Below, piece by piece: positions 56,154 through 64,000 of a stretch of 64,000 nucleotides of DNA (positions within the stretch are counted from its first letter, which is position 1; each line of letters begins with the position of its first letter). Position numbers and translations under genes: made by a program. Under the pieces are notes generated by a model. It was not told the DNA's origin. It made no database searches and saw nothing but the letters and a program-made list of their open reading frames with translations. The stretch spans positions 4,427 to 68,426 of the forward strand of contig JAZFSR010000121.1 in assembly GCA_036446295.1 (NCBI GenBank), given 5' to 3'. The DNA comes from Candidatus Aminicenantaceae bacterium (GTDB lineage Bacteria; Acidobacteriota; Aminicenantia; Aminicenantales; Aminicenantaceae).

Positions 56154-57473
56154 ATGAAGATAAAAACGTTTCCACGAGGCACCCATCCTCCGGAACAAAA
56201 ATCTCTAACGGCCGGATCTCCTCTTGAATCCATGCCCCCTCCCGAAAAAGTTTTCATCCCGCTCCATCAGCATTTTGGCAGCCCCGCAAAAGCCATTGTG
56301 CAGAAAGGGGATGAGGTCCTACTTGGACAAAAAATCGGAGAAGCCACAGCACTCTTTTCTGCGGATGTACATGCCAGTGTCTCGGGAAAAGTCTTGGCTG
56401 TTGACGGCTACAACCACCCGCTCGGAAAGCCCGTTCTGGCCGTCTCCATTGCCAACAATGGCGAAGACAGGCCCGACCCCGGAATATCTGGAACCGAAAA
56501 TCCTCTCTCTCTGGAGCCGGAGGCTATCCGGACAAAAGTGAAGGAAGCTGGGATTGTAGGACTGGGAGGCGCAGGATTCCCAACGGCCGTTAAGCTGTCT
56601 CCCCCTAAAGACAAGCCGATCGACACCGTCATTATTAACGGCTGTGAATGTGAGCCCTTGCTCAACGCCGATTACAGACTTTTGATAGAATTTGCCGACC
56701 ATGTTCTTCAGGGAGCCGAACTTGTCCGAATCGCCACAGGCGCCGACCGGATTATTATCGGGATTGAAGACAATAAGAAAGATGCTTTTGCCCTCTTTAA
56801 AGATAAGACTTTGGATTCTCAAATAGAGATTGTCCTTCTCAAAACAAAATATCCACAAGGTGCTGAGAAAAATCTTATCTCTGCCCTTCTCGATAGGAAG
56901 GTCCCTAAAGGCGGGCTTCCCTTTGACGTTGGAGTTGTGGTCCAGAATGTCGGGACGGCCAAAGCCATCTGGGACGCCGTCAAAACAGGACGGCCTCTCT
57001 ATGAGCGCGCCCTGACCGTATCCGGATCGGGTGTCAATAATCCCAAAAATTTGATAGTCCGGATCGGGACCCTGTTCAAGGATGTGCTGGAATTCTGCGG
57101 CGGACAAGAAAACGATGCGAATATCCTTGTTATGGGCGGCCCCATGATGGGGCTTTCCCAGTGGACGTCGGATGTTCCCGTCATAAAGGGAACCTCTGGG
57201 ATCCTCTCCTGGCAGACCGATCCTCCTTTTTTTGTGCACACCTGCATCCAGTGTGCCCGGTGTGTTGGACACTGCCCCATGAACCTTGTGCCCACTCGGC
57301 TTATGAAATATGCGAAAAATGACCATATCAAAGAAGCGGAAGACTGGGGAATTCTGGACTGCGTGGAGTGCGGCTGCTGTCAGTACATATGCCCTGCCGG
57401 CATTCCCCTGGTCCATTGGATTCGGCTGGGAAAAAACAACGTGATGATTGAAAAAAGGAAAAAGAGTGCCTGA
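56154..57473 (+). CDS. rnfC: Rnf electron transport complex subunit C
   Basis: 439 aa with the NADH-binding region GGAGFP and two 4Fe-4S motifs (CIQCARCVGHCP, CVECGCCQYICP). Confidence 0.9.
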   Translation: MKIKTFPRGTHPPEQKSLTAGSPLESMPPPEKVFIPLHQHFGSPAKAIVQKGDEVLLGQKIGEATALFSADVHASVSGKVLAVDGYNHPLGKPVLAVSIANNGEDRPDPGISGTENPLSLEPEAIRTKVKEAGIVGLGGAGFPTAVKLSPPKDKPIDTVIINGCECEPLLNADYRLLIEFADHVLQGAELVRIATGADRIIIGIEDNKKDAFALFKDKTLDSQIEIVLLKTKYPQGAEKNLISALLDRKVPKGGLPFDVGVVVQNVGTAKAIWDAVKTGRPLYERALTVSGSGVNNPKNLIVRIGTLFKDVLEFCGGQENDANILVMGGPMMGLSQWTSDVPVIKGTSGILSWQTDPPFFVHTCIQCARCVGHCPMNLVPTRLMKYAKNDHIKEAEDWGILDCVECGCCQYICPAGIPLVHWIRLGKNNVMIEKRKKSA

Positions 57474-58447
57474 TGACAGATAAGGCTCTTTTGCTCGAAT
57501 CGTCCCCACACTTTAGAGACCAGGATTCCGTCCCGAAAATCATGTATGCGGTCATTCTCAGCCTCTTCCCAGCTGTCCTGGCATCCATCTATTTTTTCAG
57601 ATGGAGAGCCCTATTGCTTTATGCCTGCTGTATTGTCGGCGGGCTGGTCACGGAAGCTCTTTTTCTCTGGATAAGAAAAAAACCCATGAACTCCCTGTGG
57701 GATGGATCGGTTATCATAACAGGCTTACTTCTCGCAATGACGCTCCCTCCAGAGCTTTCCCTTGACTCTGCCGTTATCGGAGCCGTTGTGGCCGTAGGGC
57801 TTGGGAAACACGTCTTTGGAGGGCTTGGACACAACATCTTTAATCCGGCGCTGGTGGGACGCGCCTTCCTTCAAACGGCTTTTCCTGTTGCCATGACCAC
57901 CTGGACAGCCCCGGCGGCCCTCTCTGTAGATGCGGTCACCTTTGCAACTCCCCTAGGTAATCTGAAATTTGACGCCGCCCTCCTTGAGGGAACCCTCACT
58001 CCGGTCAAAGATCTGTTCTGGGGAAATGTTGGAGGAAGTTTAGGAGAGACCTCGGCCATTGCCCTCTTGATTGGGGCCGCCTTTCTCTTTTATAAAAAAG
58101 CCATCGACTGGAAAATTCCTGCCGGAATCATCCTCTCTTTGACTGTCTTTACCGGAATTTTCTGGCTTATCCGTCCCGATACCTATGCCACTCCCTTGTT
58201 CCATCTGATGGCAGGAGGCATGATCCTTGGAGCCTTTTTTATGGCCACAGATATGGTCACTTCCCCGATCACACCGAGGGGAACTTGGATCTATGCCTTG
58301 GGAATCGGACTGCTTGTCGGATTGATCCGTCTCTTTGGCGGACTGGCAGAAGGAGTGATGTTCTCGATCCTCTTTATGAACATGTTCGTGCCGCTTCTCA
58401 ATCGATTCTCCCGTCCACGCATCCTTGGAGAAGGGAGGGGAAAATGA
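57473..58447 (+). CDS. rnfD: Rnf complex subunit D
   Basis: 324-aa polytopic membrane protein with the FMN-attachment region …MATDMVTSP…. Confidence 0.9.
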   Translation: MTDKALLLESSPHFRDQDSVPKIMYAVILSLFPAVLASIYFFRWRALLLYACCIVGGLVTEALFLWIRKKPMNSLWDGSVIITGLLLAMTLPPELSLDSAVIGAVVAVGLGKHVFGGLGHNIFNPALVGRAFLQTAFPVAMTTWTAPAALSVDAVTFATPLGNLKFDAALLEGTLTPVKDLFWGNVGGSLGETSAIALLIGAAFLFYKKAIDWKIPAGIILSLTVFTGIFWLIRPDTYATPLFHLMAGGMILGAFFMATDMVTSPITPRGTWIYALGIGLLVGLIRLFGGLAEGVMFSILFMNMFVPLLNRFSRPRILGEGRGK

Positions 58448-59052
58448 GCCTGTCTTCAAAGATGATCCTCTCTCTCACATGTGTCGGGCTCATTTCAAGC
58501 GGATTTCTTGCCGGCGTCGGCATCTGGACCAAGGATAAAATTGCCTTCAATGTCCAGCAGGAAATTGAACAGGCCATAAAAACAGTCGTTCCAGGTACGG
58601 CTGTCAGCGAAAAACTCTACGAAGAGCGGGCCTTCGCCGTGTACGCAGGAAAGACCGAAGACGGGTCCTTAGTCGGCTATGCCGTCTATGCCTCCGGATC
58701 TGGATTTCAGGACACAATCACCATGATGTTTGGGACGGATATTGAAGTAAAAAAGCTAACCCGGCTGACAATTCTCAAGCAGACGGAAACGCCGGGGTTG
58801 GGGGCAAACATTGAGAAAGAGGACCTCTTTCTCAAGTTCTGGGAGGACCGAGACATCCGGACTATCCTCACCCTTCATAAACCTGCCGCCAGCTCTCCCA
58901 ATGAACTAACCCCAACCGAAATCAATACCATAACAGGGGCCACGATTTCTTCGGAGTCCGTCCTCAAAATCGTCAATCTTTCGCTGGAAAAACTCAGGGA
59001 AAAAATCAAACATGGAGGCCTATTAGGGGGCCGTGAAAAAGATGGCAACTAA
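58444..59052 (+). CDS. rnfG: Rnf complex subunit G
   Basis: An N-terminal TM helix followed by an FMN-binding domain (…TGATISS…). ATGA overlap with the rnfD stop. Confidence 0.85.
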   Translation: MSLSSKMILSLTCVGLISSGFLAGVGIWTKDKIAFNVQQEIEQAIKTVVPGTAVSEKLYEERAFAVYAGKTEDGSLVGYAVYASGSGFQDTITMMFGTDIEVKKLTRLTILKQTETPGLGANIEKEDLFLKFWEDRDIRTILTLHKPAASSPNELTPTEINTITGATISSESVLKIVNLSLEKLREKIKHGGLLGGREKDGN

Positions 59053-59656
59053 AACGCTCTCTGCAGAATATGTCAAGGGACTATGGGATGAAAATCCGGT
59101 CTTTCGACAGCTTTTGGGACTGTGCCCAACCCTGGCTGTAACCAATGCCGTCATCAATGGGATTGCGATGGGCCTGGCTACGACATTTGTCCTTCTCCTC
59201 AGCTCTCTTGTGGTCTCCTTGATAAAAAAAGTCATCCCCAATCAAGTCCGGATTGCCAGCTATATCGTCATTATCGCCTGCTTTGTGACCGTGGCAGATC
59301 TCTTTCTCCAGGCTTTTTTCTATCCGATTTCCAAGGCCCTCGGCCCCTATGTGCCGCTGATTGTGGTCAACTGTGTGATCCTTGGCCGCCAGGAAGCGTT
59401 TTCCTCAAAAAACTCCGTAGGACGCTCGATGATTGATGCCCTCGGGATGAGTACAGGATTTGTCCTGGCCCTGCTGCTTCTCAGCTCTGTGCGTGAAATT
59501 CTTGGGGCAGGGACTTTTCTCGGCATCCAGGTGCTCGGCTCCTGGTTTAAACCTTGGATCATCATGCTGCTGCCTGCAGGAGCCTTTATCGCTTTTGGCC
59601 TCCTTCTCGGTTTAGCTCTTCTTATTGAAAGCAAAACACAAAAGAGGAGAGCCTGA
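59033..59656 (+). CDS. rnfE: Rnf complex subunit E
   Basis: 207-aa membrane protein of the RnfA/E family (…LGLCPTLAVT…). Confidence 0.9.
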   Translation: MKKMATKTLSAEYVKGLWDENPVFRQLLGLCPTLAVTNAVINGIAMGLATTFVLLLSSLVVSLIKKVIPNQVRIASYIVIIACFVTVADLFLQAFFYPISKALGPYVPLIVVNCVILGRQEAFSSKNSVGRSMIDALGMSTGFVLALLLLSSVREILGAGTFLGIQVLGSWFKPWIIMLLPAGAFIAFGLLLGLALLIESKTQKRRA

Positions 59657-60234
59657 TGGAACTGCTGGCGCTTTTCATTTCGGCCATTTTGATCAACAAC
59701 TTTGTTCTCTACTACTTCCTAGGCATCTGTCCGTTCCTGGGTGTAAGCAAGAAGCTTGATTCTGCCATCTCCATGGGCCTGGCCGTGACTTTCGTCATGA
59801 CCATTACTGCGGTTATCTCCTGGATGATCAACAACTGGATTCTGATCCCCTACAATATCGGCTATCTGCAGACTGTGGCCTTCATCCTGGTTATCGCCTC
59901 TCTTGTGCAGCTGGTGGAGATGTTTATCCGAAAGATGAGCCCTCCGCTCTATCAAGCGCTTGGGATTTATTTGCCTTTAATCACGACGAACTGTGCCATC
60001 ATGGGGCTGGCCCTTCTCGCGGCAAGGAAATATTATACTTTCTTCGAAGCCGTCGTCTTTGGTACTGGTTCTGGAATAGGATTTACGTTAGCCATCGTGC
60101 TTATGGCAGGGATCCGGGAACAGCTCGACCTTGCCGATGTTCCCGAACCCTTAAAGGGTGCCGGGATTGCTCTTATCGTGGCGGGGATTATGGCGCTGGC
60201 ATTTACTGGTTTTTCAGGGATGATTAAACTATGA
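59656..60234 (+). CDS. rnfA: Rnf complex subunit A
   Basis: 192-aa membrane protein, …FLGICPFLGVS…. Confidence 0.9.
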   Translation: MELLALFISAILINNFVLYYFLGICPFLGVSKKLDSAISMGLAVTFVMTITAVISWMINNWILIPYNIGYLQTVAFILVIASLVQLVEMFIRKMSPPLYQALGIYLPLITTNCAIMGLALLAARKYYTFFEAVVFGTGSGIGFTLAIVLMAGIREQLDLADVPEPLKGAGIALIVAGIMALAFTGFSGMIKL

Positions 60235-61073
60235 GCTTTCTTATCCCTGTTCTCACCATGACCGTCCTGAGCCTTCTTTTTTCCACAGGACTGGTCATCG
60301 CCTACAAAAAACTTAAAGTCGAAGAAGATCCAAAGATTGAAGCCGTCAATGAAGCCCTTCCCCAGGCAAACTGCGCCGCCTGTGGATTCTCAGGATGCCG
60401 GGCCTTCGCCGAGGCCGTCGTCAAGGGGACAGCCGAATCCAACGGCTGCCCGGTTGGGGGGAATGATGTCGCTGCCGAAGTTGCTGAAATCCTTGGCGTA
60501 TCCGCCGGGACGGTTCTCCAACGCGTTGCGCGACTCCACTGCCGCGGAACAAAAGAGGCGGCGGCCTCCCGGGGTCTTTACCTCGGAGTCACGACCTGTG
60601 CCGCCTCTCATATCATAGGAGGGAACAAGCAGTGCTCCTATGGATGTATGGGCTATGGCGACTGCGTGCTGTCCTGTCAGTTTGATGCCATGGAGATGGG
60701 CGAGGACGGCCTCCCTGTTGTCATAGAAGAGAATTGCACAGCCTGTGGAAAATGTGTGGAAGCCTGCCCCCGGGGCTTGTATGAGCTTCACCCCATTGAA
60801 CAGAACATCTTTGTCTACTGCCGGTCTTTGGATGGCCCTAAAACTTCCCGGAAATTCTGTAAAAACGCCTGTATTGCCTGCGGGATATGCGCTCGTGCCT
60901 GTCCTGAGCAAATCATTATGGAAAACAACCTGGCTGTCATCCGTGATTATAAAAATATCGATCCGGAAAAAATCCCGGCCATCGAAAAGTGCCCGACAAA
61001 TGCTATCGGGCGTTTTAAAATAGAAGAGATAGAAATGGATGAAAGAAACGAGGCAGAAACAAATGCAGGATAG
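60231..61073 (+). CDS. rnfB: Rnf complex subunit B
   Basis: An N-terminal TM helix, then Cys-rich ferredoxin domains (CAACGFSGC, CTACGKC…CP, CIACGIC…CP). Confidence 0.88.
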   Translation: MSFLIPVLTMTVLSLLFSTGLVIAYKKLKVEEDPKIEAVNEALPQANCAACGFSGCRAFAEAVVKGTAESNGCPVGGNDVAAEVAEILGVSAGTVLQRVARLHCRGTKEAAASRGLYLGVTTCAASHIIGGNKQCSYGCMGYGDCVLSCQFDAMEMGEDGLPVVIEENCTACGKCVEACPRGLYELHPIEQNIFVYCRSLDGPKTSRKFCKNACIACGICARACPEQIIMENNLAVIRDYKNIDPEKIPAIEKCPTNAIGRFKIEEIEMDERNEAETNAG

Positions 61074-61503
61074 CGGCCTGGTTATTTCTGCCCGGAATAA
61101 ACTGGCCGAAGTTGAAGTCCAGTGTTTCACGGCCTGTCAAAAATGCTCGGTCAAGAATCTGTGCATTGGTCAGAGCCAGTCAAAGGGCCTCCTCTCTGCA
61201 AAAAATCCGATCCACGCACAACCCGGCAACACTGTATCTCTGGAAATTCCCGAAACACAATACAATAAATCCCTGATCCTGTTATTCGGCACATTCCTCT
61301 TGGCCGCTCTTTTGGGTATGGCCGCGGGCCATTTCAGCGCAGCCCTTTTCTCTCTTCCCACGCCTGCAACCAGTATTTTGGGGCTTTTTCTCGGCCTTTT
61401 TGTATCCGGATTCTGGCTTTTCCGTTTTTTTCGAAATAAAAACAATGACCGGCTCTTTCCGGTTATTACCTCGATTATCAATGAGGGAGGACACCATGGA
61501 TAG
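61039..61503 (+). CDS. rseC: RseC/MucC family (SoxR-reducing system) protein
   Basis: 154 aa with N-terminal Cys motifs (CFTACQKCSVKNLC) and two C-terminal TM helices. Immediately follows rnfB, as is frequent. Start could instead be the Met at 61063. Confidence 0.65.
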   Translation: MKETRQKQMQDSGLVISARNKLAEVEVQCFTACQKCSVKNLCIGQSQSKGLLSAKNPIHAQPGNTVSLEIPETQYNKSLILLFGTFLLAALLGMAAGHFSAALFSLPTPATSILGLFLGLFVSGFWLFRFFRNKNNDRLFPVITSIINEGGHHG

Positions 61504-62227
61504 ACGCGACTTTTTTAAATCAATTTTTTTAACTCCACTCCTAACCCCACTTCTACTGGCATCAAAGAATTCAAACAGCGATGCCGAGCTCTACCTGATT
61601 TCAGATTCCCCCCATCACATTCTGCCCCCTCTCCTCCAGGAGCTTAAAGCCCTACGGCTAATTTCCGGGAATTCCTTTTCTCTCTACAACTCAATTTCCC
61701 AACAGGAGCCGTTAACCGGCACTCTCGTCTCTTCCGGATGGATCCCTGTTTCGAACGGAGCAAGGGCCCACATGACATTGGCATCCAGCTTCCTTCGCAG
61801 CCCGGCAATGCCTTCTTTTACTCTGGCAAGAGAAGGAAAAGTCTGGGACCTTCGCACTCGGACGCTCCGCTCACTCTGGACAGAGATGAATCACCAAGCA
61901 CGCTCCAACAGATTGACCGTGGTTTCCTTTCATGCCTGCCCGGCTGAACTGAGTTCAGGAAAAGCGGTTTCGCTCTATAAGGGCGGAAAAAAAGTCAAGA
62001 CCCTCTCCCTCCGACAAAACTCCACCCACTCTTTCCGGACAAAAGACGGCCGGATCACGGTCTCGGTGAAGGAGGGTAAGGCGAGGGTGGAAGAATCGTC
62101 CTGCCGCCATAAAATCTGTGTCCACTGTCCACCTGCTGCCTATGCCGGTGAGCGCATTATCTGCGCCCCCAATCAATTCATGCTTTTGGTCGACGGCCCC
62201 TCCACAATCGACACAATTATTGGGTAA
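61496..62227 (+). CDS. Tat-signal protein with C-terminal NusG-domain-II-like (DUF1312) region
   Basis: GAGGGAGG Shine-Dalgarno then MDRRDFFKSIFL… (twin-arginine). The C-terminus …CRHKICVHCPPAAYAGERIICAPNQFMLLV matches the DUF1312 signature often found next to rnf/apbE. Confidence 0.55.
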   Translation: MDRRDFFKSIFLTPLLTPLLLASKNSNSDAELYLISDSPHHILPPLLQELKALRLISGNSFSLYNSISQQEPLTGTLVSSGWIPVSNGARAHMTLASSFLRSPAMPSFTLAREGKVWDLRTRTLRSLWTEMNHQARSNRLTVVSFHACPAELSSGKAVSLYKGGKKVKTLSLRQNSTHSFRTKDGRITVSVKEGKARVEESSCRHKICVHCPPAAYAGERIICAPNQFMLLVDGPSTIDTIIG

Positions 62228-62294
62228 AAATTATTGGGGCAAAAGAAGTGGGGACTGTCCCCACTTCTTTTTAACCCTAGAATCCTCGAATCCT

Positions 62295-63734
62295 TTATTT
62301 CAGTTCCTTGATGAAAATGTTCCGGAAGTATGCAGGCGCCCGGCTGTCGTGGTTCTGAAGACCAATGTACCCTTCTGATGCAAAATCTCTGATTTTTCCT
62401 CTTGGTTCAGCCTCCCAGTCCAAAACCTGAACATTATTCAGCTCGACCGATATTCGACTCCCCTTAAACGTGATTTTGAAGTGATTCCATTCTCCTGTTG
62501 GTTTGGAGGCTTTTTGTGTCGGAGCCTCGGCGTCGTAGGCCGAGCCCGTCGCATGGATCCCCTCGCTGGCATCGTCAATCTGGATCTCAAACGAATGGTA
62601 AATGTAGTTGTTGCTGGACGGCATTTCAGGAACCCGGACAAAGATGCCGGAGTTTGTGATATCCATCTCACATTTAAAATCCAGCTCCAAAATAAAGTCC
62701 TTATATTTTTTGACGCTGTACCAGAAGAGCCCCATTCCGCCATTCCCTTTGAGGATCCCTGTTTTTTCATCCAGAACAAAGTAGCCCGGCCCATAATGGT
62801 TCCAGCCCTGCTTGGAATAACGTCCGCGGTTCCTGGGCAGGATTTCCTCGTATCCTTTAAAGTAGGTGATGCTGTCTATGTATTCGAGCCCCTTTTTAAT
62901 CGATGCGGAGGGTTCGTCGGGCTCACTCTCATATTCGATTGTAATATAGCCGGCAAAATTTTGCCGTGTCAGCTCGGCCAGAATATCCCGGATATTGGCC
63001 TTGCCCGCTCCGTAGGGAACATCGTTGGCCCGCCTCTCTCCGAACACATCCAGATCTTTGAGGTGGACATCGATGAGCCGGCCTTCAAGCATTCTCAGGG
63101 CCTCGAGGGGATCGACTCCGGTTCTCATCCAGTGCCCCGTGTCCGCACAGTCTCCGATACGATCGTCCCGTCCCTTAACATTCGCCAAAACCGTTTCCGG
63201 CCGGGCATACTTGGAGGGAGCAGGATGGTTGTGGATAGCGATGTTGATGCGGTACTCTTTGACCATTTTTTCCAGCAGTGTAAAGTCATCATATTCCGGC
63301 TCGGTGACAATAGTGGGGATCCGCATCTCTTTCGCAAAATCAAAAACTTTCCGCATCTCCGCTTCTTCATTCTTAAAATTCACAACTCCATATCCGACAA
63401 AAGATAGCCCTAGTTTTCTAAGTCTCGCTTTAGCCAGCTTAATGTTTTCCGGGCTTAGGTTGTGATTGAAGGGAACGCCGGGCTGTTCGGCACTAAATTT
63501 CTGTCCCGGATAGGCCTGGATATATCTCAAGCCCAGATCTTTGACTTTCTGGAGGGTTTCCAGAAATGTAAACCGCCTAAAACTGTAGCACTGGACGGCA
63601 AAGGGGAATTCTTTAATCCGGATTTCCTGATAGTCTATTTCTCCCGCCTTGCCCGCCGCTTGAAAGTGCCCCGGGAAAAAAAGACCGGTCAATAATATAA
63701 GCCCGATAAGAAATGCCACATACCCTTTTTTCAT
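62295..63734 (-). CDS. Secreted fusion protein: xylose-isomerase-like TIM-barrel (sugar phosphate isomerase/epimerase) N-terminal domain + DUF1080 C-terminal domain
   Basis: 479 aa with a signal peptide. The N-terminal ~290 aa carry AP-endonuclease-2/xylose isomerase-like TIM-barrel features (…IHNHP…, …DTGHW…). The C-terminal ~180 aa match the DUF1080 pattern (…GIFVRV…, …IGLQNHD…). Confidence 0.7.
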   Translation of the reverse strand: MKKGYVAFLIGLILLTGLFFPGHFQAAGKAGEIDYQEIRIKEFPFAVQCYSFRRFTFLETLQKVKDLGLRYIQAYPGQKFSAEQPGVPFNHNLSPENIKLAKARLRKLGLSFVGYGVVNFKNEEAEMRKVFDFAKEMRIPTIVTEPEYDDFTLLEKMVKEYRINIAIHNHPAPSKYARPETVLANVKGRDDRIGDCADTGHWMRTGVDPLEALRMLEGRLIDVHLKDLDVFGERRANDVPYGAGKANIRDILAELTRQNFAGYITIEYESEPDEPSASIKKGLEYIDSITYFKGYEEILPRNRGRYSKQGWNHYGPGYFVLDEKTGILKGNGGMGLFWYSVKKYKDFILELDFKCEMDITNSGIFVRVPEMPSSNNYIYHSFEIQIDDASEGIHATGSAYDAEAPTQKASKPTGEWNHFKITFKGSRISVELNNVQVLDWEAEPRGKIRDFASEGYIGLQNHDSRAPAYFRNIFIKELK

Positions 63735-63758
63735 TGTTCCTCCTTTACCCTTTACCCA

Positions 63759-64000
63759 TTATCTTTTCTTTGGATTCCATTCTCCCCTTGCTACGGCTGG
63801 AATAAAGGTTTCCAGGTCCTCGGGAGGAAAAGGAATCGTTTTTTCTTCTTCGGCACTTTTGTAGGCGGTCATCAGGAGCTCCGTGACGTTGAGCCCGTCA
63901 CTATAATTTTCCATCGGCCGCTTCCCCTTCAGGAAGGACTGCACCATGTGGCGATTTTCCCCCTCATACCCGTAATCAGCGGCTTCGTTGGAAACAATGG
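63759..64000 (-). CDS. Gfo/Idh/MocA family oxidoreductase, C-terminal fragment; gene begins beyond the window end
   Basis: The open frame runs to the window edge: …IVSNEAADYGYEGENRHMVQSFLKGKRPMENYSDGLNVTELLMTAYKSAEEEK… resembles the C-terminal domain of this family. Confidence 0.55.
   Translation of the reverse strand, partial: IVSNEAADYGYEGENRHMVQSFLKGKRPMENYSDGLNVTELLMTAYKSAEEEKTIPFPPEDLETFIPAVARGEWNPKKR

Noticed and set aside
56319-57509. 396-aa minus-strand ORF
   Set aside because: Antisense to rnfC, which has clear 4Fe-4S and NADH-binding motifs on the plus strand.
1-64000. CRISPR arrays, integrases, transposases, phage genes, toxin-antitoxin or restriction-modification systems
   Set aside because: I looked for short evenly spaced direct repeats, Cas-like ORFs, DDE or tyrosine recombinase motifs and small paired ORFs. 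None were found. The only repeats are the three families reported above.

Overview
This 64-kb window is a segment of a bacterial chromosome. Most of it is housekeeping genes on the minus strand: trxB-trxA, nadK, tlyA, dxs, xseBA, a YmdB-like phosphoesterase, rny, zapA, pheST, rplT-rpmI-infC-thrS, a tRNA-Val, birA, coaX, rnr, dnaE, guaA, etfBA, fabF-acpP-fabG-plsX-rpmF-yceD. polA and a complete rnfCDGEAB operon with rseC-like and DUF1312 genes lie on the plus strand. A 9-kb plus-strand operon (17.4-26.1 kb) is embedded in this core. It joins a CPGS-like P-loop protein, carbamate kinase, ornithine carbamoyltransferase, a 732-aa orphan protein with a K/E/R-rich tail, a FAD oxidoreductase, an ornithine-cyclodeaminase/mu-crystallin protein and a Cys/Thr-type proline-racemase-family enzyme. 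The window also carries three families of dispersed non-coding repeats: a ~270-nt GC-rich structured element (two full copies and one partial), a 143-nt leader shared by two unrelated genes, and a 25-nt palindromic unit forming long perfect hairpins at two loci. Other notable items are an N-terminally truncated SelB-like protein, a pseudo-receiver domain protein, and a non-AUG infC start with a C-terminal extension overlapping rpmI. No CRISPR array, integrase or transposase was recognised. Many proteins are divergent from model-organism versions, so the source is probably an uncultured or deep-branching lineage. All calls come from reading the translations and sequence by eye; no searches were run.
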